DNA of 64,000 nt from positions 41,332 through 105,331 of IMG/VR virus record IMGVR_UViG_3300026097_001200; one strand, written 5' to 3'. The notes beneath the pieces are model-generated. The model did no database searches. It had not been told where the DNA came from and saw nothing but the letters and a program-made list of their open reading frames with translations. How positions within the stretch are numbered: position 1 is the stretch's first letter; each line of letters starts with the position of its first letter. The position numbers and the translations under genes were made by a program. Source of the DNA: a virus. Positions 1-9,059 of the stretch are shown here, piece by piece.

Positions 1-526
1 ATTTAGAATCAGGCAGGTTTGGCATATCGAGTATTTTATTTCTCCAGGATTTAACTGTATAAACTGGTTCTGGTATATATTTAGAAAATTCAGGCTCTAC
101 CACTGACGCCTGCCCTTCTACTAAAAAGATATTATCAATTTTAAATTCAGAAATAATATCACTTATTTCTCGATAAACTTTTTTAGCTGTAATATGTACT
201 AGGTCATGTAATTTCCATTCCCAATTGTCAATTGGCCATCCATTTTTTTCCTGTGATGGATTAATTAGAAAACTATTTAAATCTCTGATTGGTGTAGTAT
301 GAAACCATACTATTAAATCAGGTTTTTCCAATTTTAAAATAAAATTTTTATATAAGTTCCATGAGTGATAATTGGACATACCAATTGTACCAAAATTATA
401 AACAGCGCATCCTTTTTTTTCTAATAAACCAGTTAAATGTCCATTTACCAAAGTGGTAGTTCCGGCACAGCGCCACATCGATTCTGCCCAACAATCACCT
501 AGTATTACAATTTTTTTTTGATTCAC
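1..526 (-). CDS. SGNH/GDSL-like hydrolase or acyltransferase-fold protein (partial, runs off left edge)
   Basis: Not in the ORF track. Manual translation from GTG at 526: MNQKKIVILGDCWAESMW...VYNFGTIGMSNYHSW...KPDLIVWFHTTPIRD. Block I resembles GDS (here GDC) and there is a G-x-SN block. The start overlaps the stop of the upstream small ORF (GTGA). Confidence 0.6.
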   Translation of the reverse strand, partial: MNQKKIVILGDCWAESMWRCAGTTTLVNGHLTGLLEKKGCAVYNFGTIGMSNYHSWNLYKNFILKLEKPDLIVWFHTTPIRDLNSFLINPSQEKNGWPIDNWEWKLHDLVHITAKKVYREISDIISEFKIDNIFLVEGQASVVEPEFSKYIPEPVYTVKSWRNKILDMPNLPDSK

Positions 527-663
527 CCTTGTCCTCGGTAGCGTTTTTTAACTGTGTTTTTACCTTTATAACTGCTACGAGGACTATGTCCTATACTGGT
601 ACGTTTTTTTACACTGCGTTCACTGATTAATGTACTTTGCGTTGAAGATTTTTTTGTTGCCAT
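523..663 (-). CDS. small basic protein (46 aa) ending KKRYRGQG
   Basis: Manual translation MATKKSSTQSTLISERSVKKRTSIGHSPRSSYKGKNTVKKRYRGQG*. It fills the gap exactly between its neighbours. A C-terminal YRGQG is typical of small basic myovirus proteins. Confidence 0.75.
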   Translation of the reverse strand: MATKKSSTQSTLISERSVKKRTSIGHSPRSSYKGKNTVKKRYRGQG

Positions 664-666
664 AAT

Positions 667-1311
667 TTACCTATTTTTTAATAATACTGTTAGACCTAAT
701 AGCATGCTGTATCTATCTTGTCTTGTACGATTCCACCCATCGTGCCATGTATTCCAGTCATTTGCATGAAACCACCCTTGGCCAAAATCACTAGGAACCT
801 GTAGTGGGTTATTTCTTTGTGGGTCGTCGTAAAACATAGTACAATGATCTATGCTATCGTGATCTGTAAAATATACCATGCCGGTGCCAATTAGCAATCG
901 ATAATCACAGTGAATACCATTTTCAAATCCTGGTTTGTCCAGTGTAAACTCGGCGTGTAGTTCACTGTTTTCCATCATCATATCAGATGTCATGCCCCAG
1001 CGACTGGTAAATTCTTCTTTTTGAGAGTATAGTGCATCAATTACTTTGCGTTTTGCTATATCTGTGCCAAAATAACGAATAACCTGTTGTAGCATTGGGC
1101 TATCAGGGCGATGTACTTTGTAGCGATACCCTCCCCACATGTCATGGTCGATTTTAGTTTCCACGCCATATGGATTCCATGATTCTTTTTTAAGCTCATC
1201 GACTATATCGGGCTGGGTGTGACCGTTACTAAAAGATATCTGTAGAACCTTGCTATCAATAGGTTCTAAATCAAAAAAGATGTTGTCTAATGTATTAAAA
1301 TAATCGTACAT
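667..1311 (-). CDS. 2OG-Fe(II) oxygenase superfamily protein
   Basis: H-x-D (IHCD), distal His (WHDG) and R-x-S (RYS) motifs. The start is moved from 1341 to MYDYF at 1311 to avoid overlap. Confidence 0.75.
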   Translation of the reverse strand: MYDYFNTLDNIFFDLEPIDSKVLQISFSNGHTQPDIVDELKKESWNPYGVETKIDHDMWGGYRYKVHRPDSPMLQQVIRYFGTDIAKRKVIDALYSQKEEFTSRWGMTSDMMMENSELHAEFTLDKPGFENGIHCDYRLLIGTGMVYFTDHDSIDHCTMFYDDPQRNNPLQVPSDFGQGWFHANDWNTWHDGWNRTRQDRYSMLLGLTVLLKNR

Positions 1312-1315
1312 GCTT

Positions 1316-1933
1316 CTACGTCCTTTGTAAGTGTGCTCCAATGTTATTTTCTTCTTGACTTGAATTATACAACCATATCAATATACTGTATCGATCGTCG
1401 TTGGTGTTATTTTTTCCAGCATGCCATATTTTTTCTGGGATTGCCCAACCTTTACTGAATTCAGTACTACTAATATAAATTGGGATATTATCATGTTCAT
1501 TGGCGTAAAACTCAGTAGCTCTGTTACTATCTAATTCTTGATTTAAATAGATCATAGCAGACAGCCATACGCGATCAGGATCGTAGTGTTTGCCGACGTG
1601 ATACCCAGGCTTGTCTTTTGTTAATGAAACATATAGTTTTCCGTACTCATTGATTTCATTTAAACTTATATCAAGATTATGTGATACTACAATCTCAGAT
1701 AAAATCGCCTTTACAGTATCACTACCGAGATATTGTATTATTTGTTGTAATTTTGTGCAGGATATATCTGTACAACGCTGTCTGTAGCATGCAATATATG
1801 TATTCTGATCTAAGTCCTCCCATGATTCCGAACGCAACGAATCATGCAATTCTTCTTTGGTAAAAGGACAGCAAAGAGATAGTTCTAACGGGAGGCCATT
1901 GCCGTTATCTATGCATGTTAAAGAAAAATCCAT
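1316..1933 (-). CDS. 2OG-Fe(II) oxygenase superfamily protein (paralog of 667..1311)
   Basis: DKPGYHVGKHYD, MIYL, WHAG and RYS motifs, with the same spacing as the neighbouring gene. Confidence 0.75.
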   Translation of the reverse strand: MDFSLTCIDNGNGLPLELSLCCPFTKEELHDSLRSESWEDLDQNTYIACYRQRCTDISCTKLQQIIQYLGSDTVKAILSEIVVSHNLDISLNEINEYGKLYVSLTKDKPGYHVGKHYDPDRVWLSAMIYLNQELDSNRATEFYANEHDNIPIYISSTEFSKGWAIPEKIWHAGKNNTNDDRYSILIWLYNSSQEENNIGAHLQRT

Positions 1934-3190
1934 TTACTCTTGTCTCCATTCACGATCCAGCCAAGGAAATAAAGATCGCCAATCTGTGCCGCGTCTGCGG
2001 TCGATTTCATCTAGATATACCTGTAGATCTTGTATTCTCTCAACTCGTCGTATGCTGTTACTTATCTGCTGTTTAATGCCTTTCATGTGATCTTGTGCGT
2101 TGGTGTCTTTCATTTCGGCGATAATAGCATCTATGTCGTCCTCAAAAACTCCAGCTCCAAATATTGCTGGATCCATATGCGGCGGTGCCATTACTGTCAT
2201 AAAACTGTAGTTGATTGGATTGTGAGGCGGTCTTTTTTGATTCCATTCGTTGATTTTTCTAACCAATTCGGGAGCAGTTTTTATTGTAAGAGGACTGATT
2301 GCAGCATTGACACACTGCACTACCCAGGGCTTTTCTAACAAATATGTAAAGTTATCTTCCCATTCTTGTAAATCCAATCCCCAGCGAACATACTCTTCCT
2401 GCGGTCCCCAGCTGTCTAGACTTCCGGTTATTTGCAGTCTTTTAAGAGCACCTTTTTCTACCATCTGCTCGAACCGATCTATATATGCACGAAACTTTTT
2501 AGTTGGCACCTTGAGATTGGTAATAATATTAAAAGTGAGTTCAGGATTTGGGTGGCTTTCCCAGAAGTCAATGCTGAGATCAAACTCCTTTTGAAAAAAG
2601 GGTTCACCTCCTAATATTTGATAGTAGCGTATCTTTTTGTATCTGTCTTTGTCATGTAGATACTGCCAAAAGTCTGCCAGCTGTTGCTCGTAGTTTTCGT
2701 TTTTTTGACTCCAGTTGGCTATGTGTACACTGCCGTGTTTGAAGTCTCCAAACCGTTTAGTTTCTTCTTCCCACTTGGTACTGAAGTGCCCGCCGCAGTA
2801 GAGACAGGCCATGTTACATACATTGTTAAAATAAACTTCTAGTATTGTAGGCACTACTTCGTTGGTTTCTGGGTCTTCAAACAGTTCTTCTGGCGTTCTG
2901 TCTTGGTCGTGTCCTGCTTGCAGTTGATACAGTCTGTCACTGACACCTCCTGCTTCTTCGATTTTTTGGCAGTACTGACAGCCCTCTTGCGGCCATTCAC
3001 CGCGGCGCATTATTTCTCTGGCACGGACCTTGTTAGGAAGATTATGAAAACTTGCAAAGTCATCCAGTGGAATAGCTGCTTGATCAGTTCTGTGACAACT
3101 ACTGCTAGTGCCTTGTCCTAGATATACTGTGCTCCATGCCCACTTTAACAAGCAAGCTGTATCACCTTTTACTGGAAATATTTTTGACAT
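1934..3190 (-). CDS. radical SAM protein with N-terminal Twitch/SPASM-like domain
   Basis: CNMACLYC (CX3CX2C) and GGEP. N-terminal CLLKW...SCH...CQYC. Confidence 0.9.
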   Translation of the reverse strand: MSKIFPVKGDTACLLKWAWSTVYLGQGTSSSCHRTDQAAIPLDDFASFHNLPNKVRAREIMRRGEWPQEGCQYCQKIEEAGGVSDRLYQLQAGHDQDRTPEELFEDPETNEVVPTILEVYFNNVCNMACLYCGGHFSTKWEEETKRFGDFKHGSVHIANWSQKNENYEQQLADFWQYLHDKDRYKKIRYYQILGGEPFFQKEFDLSIDFWESHPNPELTFNIITNLKVPTKKFRAYIDRFEQMVEKGALKRLQITGSLDSWGPQEEYVRWGLDLQEWEDNFTYLLEKPWVVQCVNAAISPLTIKTAPELVRKINEWNQKRPPHNPINYSFMTVMAPPHMDPAIFGAGVFEDDIDAIIAEMKDTNAQDHMKGIKQQISNSIRRVERIQDLQVYLDEIDRRRGTDWRSLFPWLDREWRQE

Positions 3191-3197
3191 GTTGTAA

Positions 3198-4328
3198 TTA
3201 TGAGCTTTCTATTTGATGAATAACTTCTTGTAACTGTTGATCAAAATTTAAAAACGCATTATGCAAAATTTTGTTTCGATTAACAAGTAATTTTAAATTA
3301 TGATAATGTATACGTTCTAACTCAGGTATCACCGACTCCCAGTCAAACTCTGATAAATGTTGCATCAGTTCAACAATAGCATCGGCTCTTTCTTGGTAGG
3401 TAGGCAGTGAGTCATAGTCTTCACTCCAAAGAGATTCATAAGTCATAAATCCCATTTTGCGCAGGTTTGTTATGAAGTGTTTTGCCCCATATATTACAAA
3501 AGGAATACCAGTAAAAAGTGCTTTTGTAGTTTTTTCTGTTATAGCAAAATTATCTACTTGGTCATCTGCAATCTGTGTTTCCACAACAAGGTACAGTCTA
3601 GCCTGATTATATAGATCAATTGGCGGCGACTCGCTAATGGCAATTGTATCTTGTAATTGCTGTCTATCGCTCCAGTTAAAATCGGGCGTCCTTTCAAATT
3701 GTATATCATGCTTAAATATAGTGACGTTACCTCGGAGATTATTACAAATACTCAAAGCAAAAGAATCTTCGGGTATCTTGTTTTTTATTTTCTTAACTAA
3801 GTAGGTTCGCTCTGGTCTCCCGGATCCTATCAACGAAACAAAATCAACAGTTTTTTCACTACGGAAATCGTAAAATTTATCATTGTTTTGATTAGGAAAA
3901 TTGAAAACTGGATCGAAAAAATCTACGGTAGCCAGTTGATACAGAAGGAAAGGCCAGTAAATGTTTACGTAATGTATTTTTTCCCCGAGCCAATTGAATA
4001 TCGGATGGTCGTCAGCAGAAAACTTATCACCAGTAACAAATATATAAACACAGTCTGATTTTAATTTAAACAAGGTAGGCATGTGTTCAGCACTAAAACG
4101 ACGAACTCCTTCAGACATGTTGAAAAAAAATTTTATCTTTGCAGGATCGTTATTAATTGTTTCAGCAGAATCTTGTACAGAAAAAACTGGATAGTGTCTG
4201 TTGTTAAAAATCTCAGGCACTGAGTGTGTAGTTGAATATAAGTTAGAATATTTGTGCCACCTGGCATAAACCTTTATAAACAGGTTAGCTAAATGCGAAT
4301 CACTGACATTGTTTAACGGAAGTAACAT
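3198..4328 (-). CDS. putative glycosyltransferase-like protein (TEK-T-K family)
   Basis: C-terminal LVVET...ITEKTTKAL...PFVIYG...LRKMGF..Y...DYD, shared with 30014..31141 and 48933..49913. The GT-B-like assignment is an inference. Confidence 0.55.
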   Translation of the reverse strand: MLLPLNNVSDSHLANLFIKVYARWHKYSNLYSTTHSVPEIFNNRHYPVFSVQDSAETINNDPAKIKFFFNMSEGVRRFSAEHMPTLFKLKSDCVYIFVTGDKFSADDHPIFNWLGEKIHYVNIYWPFLLYQLATVDFFDPVFNFPNQNNDKFYDFRSEKTVDFVSLIGSGRPERTYLVKKIKNKIPEDSFALSICNNLRGNVTIFKHDIQFERTPDFNWSDRQQLQDTIAISESPPIDLYNQARLYLVVETQIADDQVDNFAITEKTTKALFTGIPFVIYGAKHFITNLRKMGFMTYESLWSEDYDSLPTYQERADAIVELMQHLSEFDWESVIPELERIHYHNLKLLVNRNKILHNAFLNFDQQLQEVIHQIESS

Positions 4329-4334
4329 GAAAAA

Positions 4335-4341
4335 TATTTAG
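4335..4341 (-). promoter_or_regulatory. late-promoter-like CTAAATA, 6 nt upstream of the ATG at 4328
   Basis: Minus strand reads CTAAATA-TTTTTC-ATG with no Shine-Dalgarno. Confidence 0.55.
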
Positions 4342-4381
4342 TGCTTTGTTTTTACTGTCTTAACAAACAAATAAGTACACT

Positions 4382-4984
4382 ATGCATACTATTTTTAAAA
4401 ATAATCATCCTGCGCTGACGTTTTTTTATATTCCAAAAACTGCTAGTGTGTCATTGGGAGCAGCGTTGTATACTGCGTTCTCGCCAGGATTAAAAAATAT
4501 CAAATTGAAGAAAATTTCTGACGTACCTCATGCTAATATGCACAATCTGACTAGCAAAGACGATGTTGCAAACAATAGAGTATGTGTTCTGCGACACCCG
4601 TACGATCGAGCAAAAAGTCTATGGCAACATTCTTCTAGAAGAGTTGATACTGCGTGGGCAAGTGATTCATTTGAACTATTCTTAATAAAACGATTTCACG
4701 AAACACACACATTGCTGCCAAACACTGAACTTGACTTAGATAATTTTAATTTTTTTGCACCTCAATGGCACTGGGCACAACATTGCAATATACGTCTAGA
4801 CTTTAACAATCTACATCACGACTTTAACAATATTTTAACTGAATATGTATCTCCAGGCACTTACAATTTACCTAGGAAAAACGTGTTGAACAGCAAGGAC
4901 AGTGTTGATCTAAAACGATATCATAAAACTCTAATACGAAAAATATACGCAGATGACTTTGAACATTTAGGCTTTATACCTTAA
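4382..4984 (+). CDS. sulfotransferase family 2 protein (carbohydrate sulfotransferase-like)
   Basis: 5'-PSB loop YIPKTASVSL, 3'-PB motif LRHPYDRAKSLW, C-terminal IYADDFEHLGF. Confidence 0.85.
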   Translation: MHTIFKNNHPALTFFYIPKTASVSLGAALYTAFSPGLKNIKLKKISDVPHANMHNLTSKDDVANNRVCVLRHPYDRAKSLWQHSSRRVDTAWASDSFELFLIKRFHETHTLLPNTELDLDNFNFFAPQWHWAQHCNIRLDFNNLHHDFNNILTEYVSPGTYNLPRKNVLNSKDSVDLKRYHKTLIRKIYADDFEHLGFIP

Positions 4985-5027
4985 CACACTAAATACGATT
5001 CGTATTGCAATATTAGAGAGAGATCTT

Positions 5028-5987
5028 ATGACAACTTATAACCTAAACTGGGTGATTGCCCATGAACCAAAATACCTCTTTTACAGAGTGGCAGAAGACT
5101 TTGCTAACCTGGTTAAAGAGTACGCCGGCGATGATCTTGACATCAATGTCAATGTACTAACCGACGAAGAATACAATGCCAAGTACGATCCTAAAGTACC
5201 AGTAAACAGACACAATCTCTGGAAGCTGTTACAAGACGGTGATGTGCAAATTGCACAGATGCAGACAACCAGTCTTGCACGTCAGTTCAATCCAGAAATG
5301 CATGTGCTTGATCTGCCATATCTTTTCCGTGACCACGATCACGCTGCAAAAGTTCTGGAAGGTGATGTTGGTGTTGAACTGTTAAACAAGTTTGACGAAG
5401 ACAGCAAGATCAAGGGTCTGGCTTACACCTACAGCGGAGGCTATAGACTGCTTCCGAGTACTCAGCGTGTAACCAGCCTAGGCGAACTGGCTGGACTGCC
5501 AATTCGTGCAGGACTCAGCCAACAGGCTAGAGAAGCTATTGAAATGCTAGGCGGTGAAGCTGTGCCAGCTGACACAGAACAAACCTGGGAACTGGCCAAA
5601 ACCGGTAAAGTACAGGCTGCTGAATATGTTACACAGCGCATCTACCCAGATCGTTGTGACGAGTGGATCAAGAGCATTGTTCACACAGAGCACAGCTTGT
5701 TCCTTACCAGCATTGTTGTAAACCAAGATTGGTTCAACAGCCTGCCGCAAGCTGTTCAAGATGTGTTCATGAAGGCCGCATTACAAGCAGCTCGCAACGA
5801 ACGTGAACTAAGTTTAAAAGACGGCGAAACAAACCTACGCAAACTGGAAAGCGAAGGTGTAAACATTGTTTACCTTAGCGAAGAAGAAGAAGCAGAATTA
5901 CATGCACGAGCGGCAGAAATCCGCAAAACTCATGCTGAAACTGTGTTCTCTCCAGGCTTGGTAGACAGTATAGAAAATACCCATTGA
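5028..5987 (+). CDS. dctP: TRAP transporter substrate-binding protein DctP-like, no signal peptide
   Basis: VLDLPYLFRDHDHA, LAGLPIR, LGGEAVP, VVNQDWFNSLP...Q..F..AA motifs. The N-terminus has no hydrophobic signal sequence. Confidence 0.85.
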   Translation: MTTYNLNWVIAHEPKYLFYRVAEDFANLVKEYAGDDLDINVNVLTDEEYNAKYDPKVPVNRHNLWKLLQDGDVQIAQMQTTSLARQFNPEMHVLDLPYLFRDHDHAAKVLEGDVGVELLNKFDEDSKIKGLAYTYSGGYRLLPSTQRVTSLGELAGLPIRAGLSQQAREAIEMLGGEAVPADTEQTWELAKTGKVQAAEYVTQRIYPDRCDEWIKSIVHTEHSLFLTSIVVNQDWFNSLPQAVQDVFMKAALQAARNERELSLKDGETNLRKLESEGVNIVYLSEEEEAELHARAAEIRKTHAETVFSPGLVDSIENTH

Positions 5988-6012
5988 CAAAGACCAATCT
6001 CCCACGTATACT
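5984..6012 (+). promoter_or_regulatory. sigma70-like early promoter
   Basis: TTGACA-N17-TATACT. Confidence 0.8.
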
Positions 6013-6044
6013 ACATGTAATATGTTGTGTACTGGGAGATTACT

Positions 6045-6248
6045 ATGAGTGCTATGAGTGCAACTATTTTCGAAATTCAAGAATATCTACGTGAAGGCAA
6101 GCTTGGTCACAAGCAAATTGCCGAAAAGCTGGGTGTATCATTGACCTGGGTAACAGACGAAGCAAATGCCATGTATGGTGCTACCAGCAGTGAACCAGAC
6201 TTTGGTCCAGTGGAATACGTATATCCAGGATCAGATCCACAAATCTAA
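6045..6248 (+). CDS. small hypothetical protein, possible HTH
   Basis: GGGAG RBS before the ATG at 6045. HKQIAEKLGVSLTWV resembles a helix-turn-helix. Confidence 0.6.
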   Translation: MSAMSATIFEIQEYLREGKLGHKQIAEKLGVSLTWVTDEANAMYGATSSEPDFGPVEYVYPGSDPQI

Positions 6249-6260
6249 ATATCAAAAAGG

Positions 6261-6289
6261 TTGACCTTTTTCGTAACTGATCATATACT
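6261..6289 (+). promoter_or_regulatory. sigma70-like early promoter
   Basis: AAAAAGG-TTGACC-N17-TATACT-ATATGTATAG. Confidence 0.8.
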
Positions 6290-6319
6290 ATATGTATAGT
6301 GAAGTTACGAGGGTTAAGC

Positions 6320-6691
6320 ATGTTGCAAGTAAAAGACACCACCGAATCCACAAACAAGCGTTTTTCTGTAATAGATATCAACAGTCGTGCTCGTGCAGCG
6401 TATCGCGCTAATCGCAGTTTTTTCGACAGTCAAGCACATCAAGCAAAAGTAAACGCTGTAGATAATATACTTCGCAATTTGGTATTTGCCTATACCAATG
6501 CTTACCAAACAGCTCGTCCTCAAACACGCCGTAAACCAGCCCACACAGAAGTCAAATACGATCGTGTAGTGCAGTACAGCGTAAAAGAGCACAATACACG
6601 CAAACAAACTGCACTAGCTCAATTAGAGGAGCTAGGGTTAACACTTGTTTACAAACCACGCACCAACAGCTACAGTGTTCATGTAGCATAA
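6320..6691 (+). CDS. hypothetical early protein
   Basis: ORF downstream of a promoter. GAGGG RBS before the ATG at 6320 (track start 6299). Confidence 0.65.
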   Translation: MLQVKDTTESTNKRFSVIDINSRARAAYRANRSFFDSQAHQAKVNAVDNILRNLVFAYTNAYQTARPQTRRKPAHTEVKYDRVVQYSVKEHNTRKQTALAQLEELGLTLVYKPRTNSYSVHVA

Positions 6692-6704
6692 CAGGAGCTA
6701 GTAA

Positions 6705-6893
6705 ATGTCATATCTATCAACAGATGAAATGATCAAAATCTTGATCGATCGCATTGGAGATCATCTGCATGATCCAGAACCACAATCAGATCAGTGTTTG
6801 GAGGAACTCCCACAGCCAACCAAGTTGATGTTGTTGCGAGAACTGCGAAACACATACAATCAATATCGTGCAATCATGTCGGGTGATCAATGA
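6705..6893 (+). CDS. hypothetical protein
   Basis: AGGAG RBS and ATGA coupling to the next gene. Confidence 0.7.
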   Translation: MSYLSTDEMIKILIDRIGDHLHDPEPQSDQCLEELPQPTKLMLLRELRNTYNQYRAIMSGDQ

Positions 6894-7474
6894 AAGACAA
6901 GGTAATCTTAGTAGACTGCGACGGTGTGTTGCTGGACTGGGAATATGCGTTTGATCAATGGATGAAACGTCATGGATACTCAGTGAACTCCGTTGGGCAT
7001 TACAAGATGCACTACAAATACGGTATTGATGGCCGTGAAGCTAAACGACTGATTCGCATGTTCAACGAAAGCGCACAGATTCGCAAACTACCGCCCCTGC
7101 GTGATGCTATCCATTATGTAAAACGATTGCACCAAGAACACGGCTATATTTTTCACGCTATCACAAGCCTCAGCAACGAAGTGTATGCACAGCATCTACG
7201 CACCAAGAATCTGCGTGAGATGTTTGGCGACAGCGTGTTTGAACGTTACGTGTATTTGGATACTGGTGCAGACAAAGACTCAGCACTGGCTGAGTATACT
7301 AACACTGGCTGTTGGTGGGTAGAAGACAAGCCTGAGAATGCAGTAGAAGGCGCCAGGTGCGGATTAGAATCAGTGTTAATGCATCATGAGCATAATGCAG
7401 ACTTTGACACAACCAATCTCAATATAACTCGAGTAAGAAACTGGAAGGGAATTTATGAACTTGTCACTGCTTGA
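6890..7474 (+). CDS. HAD-superfamily phosphatase / 5'(3')-deoxyribonucleotidase (T4 30.2-like)
   Basis: Motif I DCDGVLLDW, AITSL, and motif IV WVEDKPEN. Confidence 0.85.
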   Translation: MKDKVILVDCDGVLLDWEYAFDQWMKRHGYSVNSVGHYKMHYKYGIDGREAKRLIRMFNESAQIRKLPPLRDAIHYVKRLHQEHGYIFHAITSLSNEVYAQHLRTKNLREMFGDSVFERYVYLDTGADKDSALAEYTNTGCWWVEDKPENAVEGARCGLESVLMHHEHNADFDTTNLNITRVRNWKGIYELVTA

Positions 7475-7716
7475 TCGTGTAGTAGAAACTGGTGTACGAC
7501 TGTATGCCGAAGGGGAAAACAGCTCAACTGTGTGGCAGTTTGTGGATCGAAAACTTCACCAGATCCAGGCCCAGCGACCAGCCTTTTGCTGAATTCAATC
7601 TAGCAAGAGATACTGCGTACACTCGCTTGATCAGCATGGGCGTAATGGATCAAGAGCCAACCTGGACAGAAATTTTAGACTCTATAAACAGCATGCTGGA
7701 CCGCGAAAAAGTTTAA
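7455..7716 (+). pseudogene. hypothetical protein apparently split by a +1 frameshift near 7584-7587
   Basis: ORF 7455..7592 has an RBS (MNLSLLDRVVETGVRLYAEG...QRPAFC*). Removing one T from GCCTTTTGCT joins it to AEFNLARD...DREKV* ending at 7716. Confidence 0.4.
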
Positions 7717-7734
7717 TTCTTTTTCTTAAAAAGG

Positions 7735-7763
7735 TTGACACACAGCCCGGGTTTTAGTATTAT
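7735..7763 (+). promoter_or_regulatory. sigma70-like early promoter
   Basis: AAAAAGG-TTGACA-N17-TATTAT-GTATATGTAG. Confidence 0.8.
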
Positions 7764-7795
7764 GTATATGTAGGGTTTGAAATAAGGTTTTTGAT

Positions 7796-7909
7796 ATGTC
7801 AGATTTAGCTTACACTCAAAATTTTATCGATGTTGCTATTTTAAGCAGTATCTTAATAGCTGGTGTTGTTTATCTTGCCAACAAAGGTGAGTTATTTAAA
7901 AAATGGTAA
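7796..7909 (+). CDS. small membrane protein (37 aa)
   Basis: Manual translation MSDLAYTQNFIDVAILSSILIAGVVYLANKGELFKKW*. One hydrophobic helix, TAAGG RBS, first gene after the promoter. Confidence 0.6.
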   Translation: MSDLAYTQNFIDVAILSSILIAGVVYLANKGELFKKW

Positions 7910-8058
7910 TGCGTAAGATCAAGATAGCAAAAACATTTGTGTTTTTTGACGACAAGTTTTCATTGATTGTAAGCGCACCAAAAGACCAATTCAGCCTGCT
8001 TCCAACTTGGAAAGCCAGAGTGTTAGAAATTCGTGAGTATCAAGGAGAGTTAATATGA
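7909..8058 (+). CDS. hypothetical protein (49 aa)
   Basis: Manual translation MRKIKIAKTFVFFDDKF...EYQGELI*. Coupled by TAATG upstream and ATGA downstream. Confidence 0.6.
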   Translation: MRKIKIAKTFVFFDDKFSLIVSAPKDQFSLLPTWKARVLEIREYQGELI

Positions 8059-8459
8059 CCTTATTGCAGCACATCGAGTCACTGAATGCCAAAGCGGATC
8101 TGATGATGGAGCAGGAGCCTGGACTGTGGATGAGCAAGTACACTGATGACTTGAGTCATTGGGCTGAGATGGGTGTCTACACTGTAGAGGACTTCAAACG
8201 TAATGAGCTGATCAATGGCATCAGTGATGCGTCGAAAGACCTCTATGGTTGCCGCATGCGTCTTGCTTGGGACGAAATGGATATTGAGGATCTGGAACAG
8301 ACCTACGAGAATATCTGTTACCAGCTCCGTCTTCAGTTTGAGCAAGAGCAGGAGTGGGAGCGCGAGCAGGCTGAAGAAGCTCGGATCGCCGCACAAGGTT
8401 TACAGCCAGACTGCGAGCCATTGCCTTACGAAGAATATGCTGATTTGGAGACTGCATAA
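8055..8459 (+). CDS. hypothetical phage protein
   Basis: AAGGAG RBS, 134-aa acidic ORF, coupled to the next gene. Confidence 0.75.
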   Translation: MTLLQHIESLNAKADLMMEQEPGLWMSKYTDDLSHWAEMGVYTVEDFKRNELINGISDASKDLYGCRMRLAWDEMDIEDLEQTYENICYQLRLQFEQEQEWEREQAEEARIAAQGLQPDCEPLPYEEYADLETA

Positions 8460-8695
8460 TGAAAAGCGAACTTGAACTTGCAATTGATCGCATGATCGAT
8501 GCACAAAAAAAACTGTACGGAGCAGATGCATACCTGTATGCCACAGCCAATCTACAAGGTGCGTTGGTAGGATCTGCCGCTGCACTCAGTGACTTTATGG
8601 TTGACAGCTTGATTGAAACATTTAACGATCGTGCAAAAAAAGTTGAACAAGAAGCAATCATCAAAGCATTTAATCAAGAGGTTCCAATTGTATGA
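8459..8695 (+). CDS. hypothetical protein
   Basis: GGAG RBS and TAATG coupling. Confidence 0.7.
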   Translation: MKSELELAIDRMIDAQKKLYGADAYLYATANLQGALVGSAAALSDFMVDSLIETFNDRAKKVEQEAIIKAFNQEVPIV

Positions 8696-8892
8696 GTTAT
8701 TTGCTCTTATCGGTTGCGCTAGGATTAGAAATTTCTTATACTAGCAAGAATGTTTGTCAAGAAGCACTTGAACAGGTGCGAGAGCAGGACAGCAAAGCAA
8801 TTTGTATTCCTGCAGGCAAAGACAAAACCAGTGAACAGTTTGATCTATTTTTAAACATGATTGAACAGTTACAAAAAGTTGAACAGAAATAG
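8692..8892 (+). CDS. hypothetical protein, hydrophobic N-terminus, two Cys
   Basis: GAGG RBS and ATGA coupling. Confidence 0.65.
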   Translation: MSYLLLSVALGLEISYTSKNVCQEALEQVREQDSKAICIPAGKDKTSEQFDLFLNMIEQLQKVEQK

Positions 8893-8965
8893 CCGAGTTG
8901 GTCTAATGGTATGACAGGGGTCTCCAAAACCCTTAGCGGAGGTTCGATTCCTTCACTCGGTGCCA
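8892..8965 (+). tRNA. trnW: tRNA-Trp(CCA)
   Basis: Acceptor stem GCCGAGT/ACTCGGT, anticodon loop CT-CCA-AA, GGTTCGATTCC T-arm, encoded CCA. Confidence 0.95.
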
Positions 8966-8978
8966 GTTTTAAAAGTTT

Positions 8979-9054
8979 TGGGATATAGCTCAGTTGGTAG
9001 AGCAGCGGACTGTTAATCCGCTTGTCGCAGGTTCGAGCCCTGCTATCCCAGCCA
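8979..9054 (+). tRNA. trnN: tRNA-Asn(GTT)
   Basis: Acceptor stem TGGGATA/TATCCCA, D-arm AGCTCAGTTGGTAGAGC, anticodon loop CT-GTT-AA, encoded CCA. Confidence 0.95.
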
Positions 9055-9059
9055 TTTTT

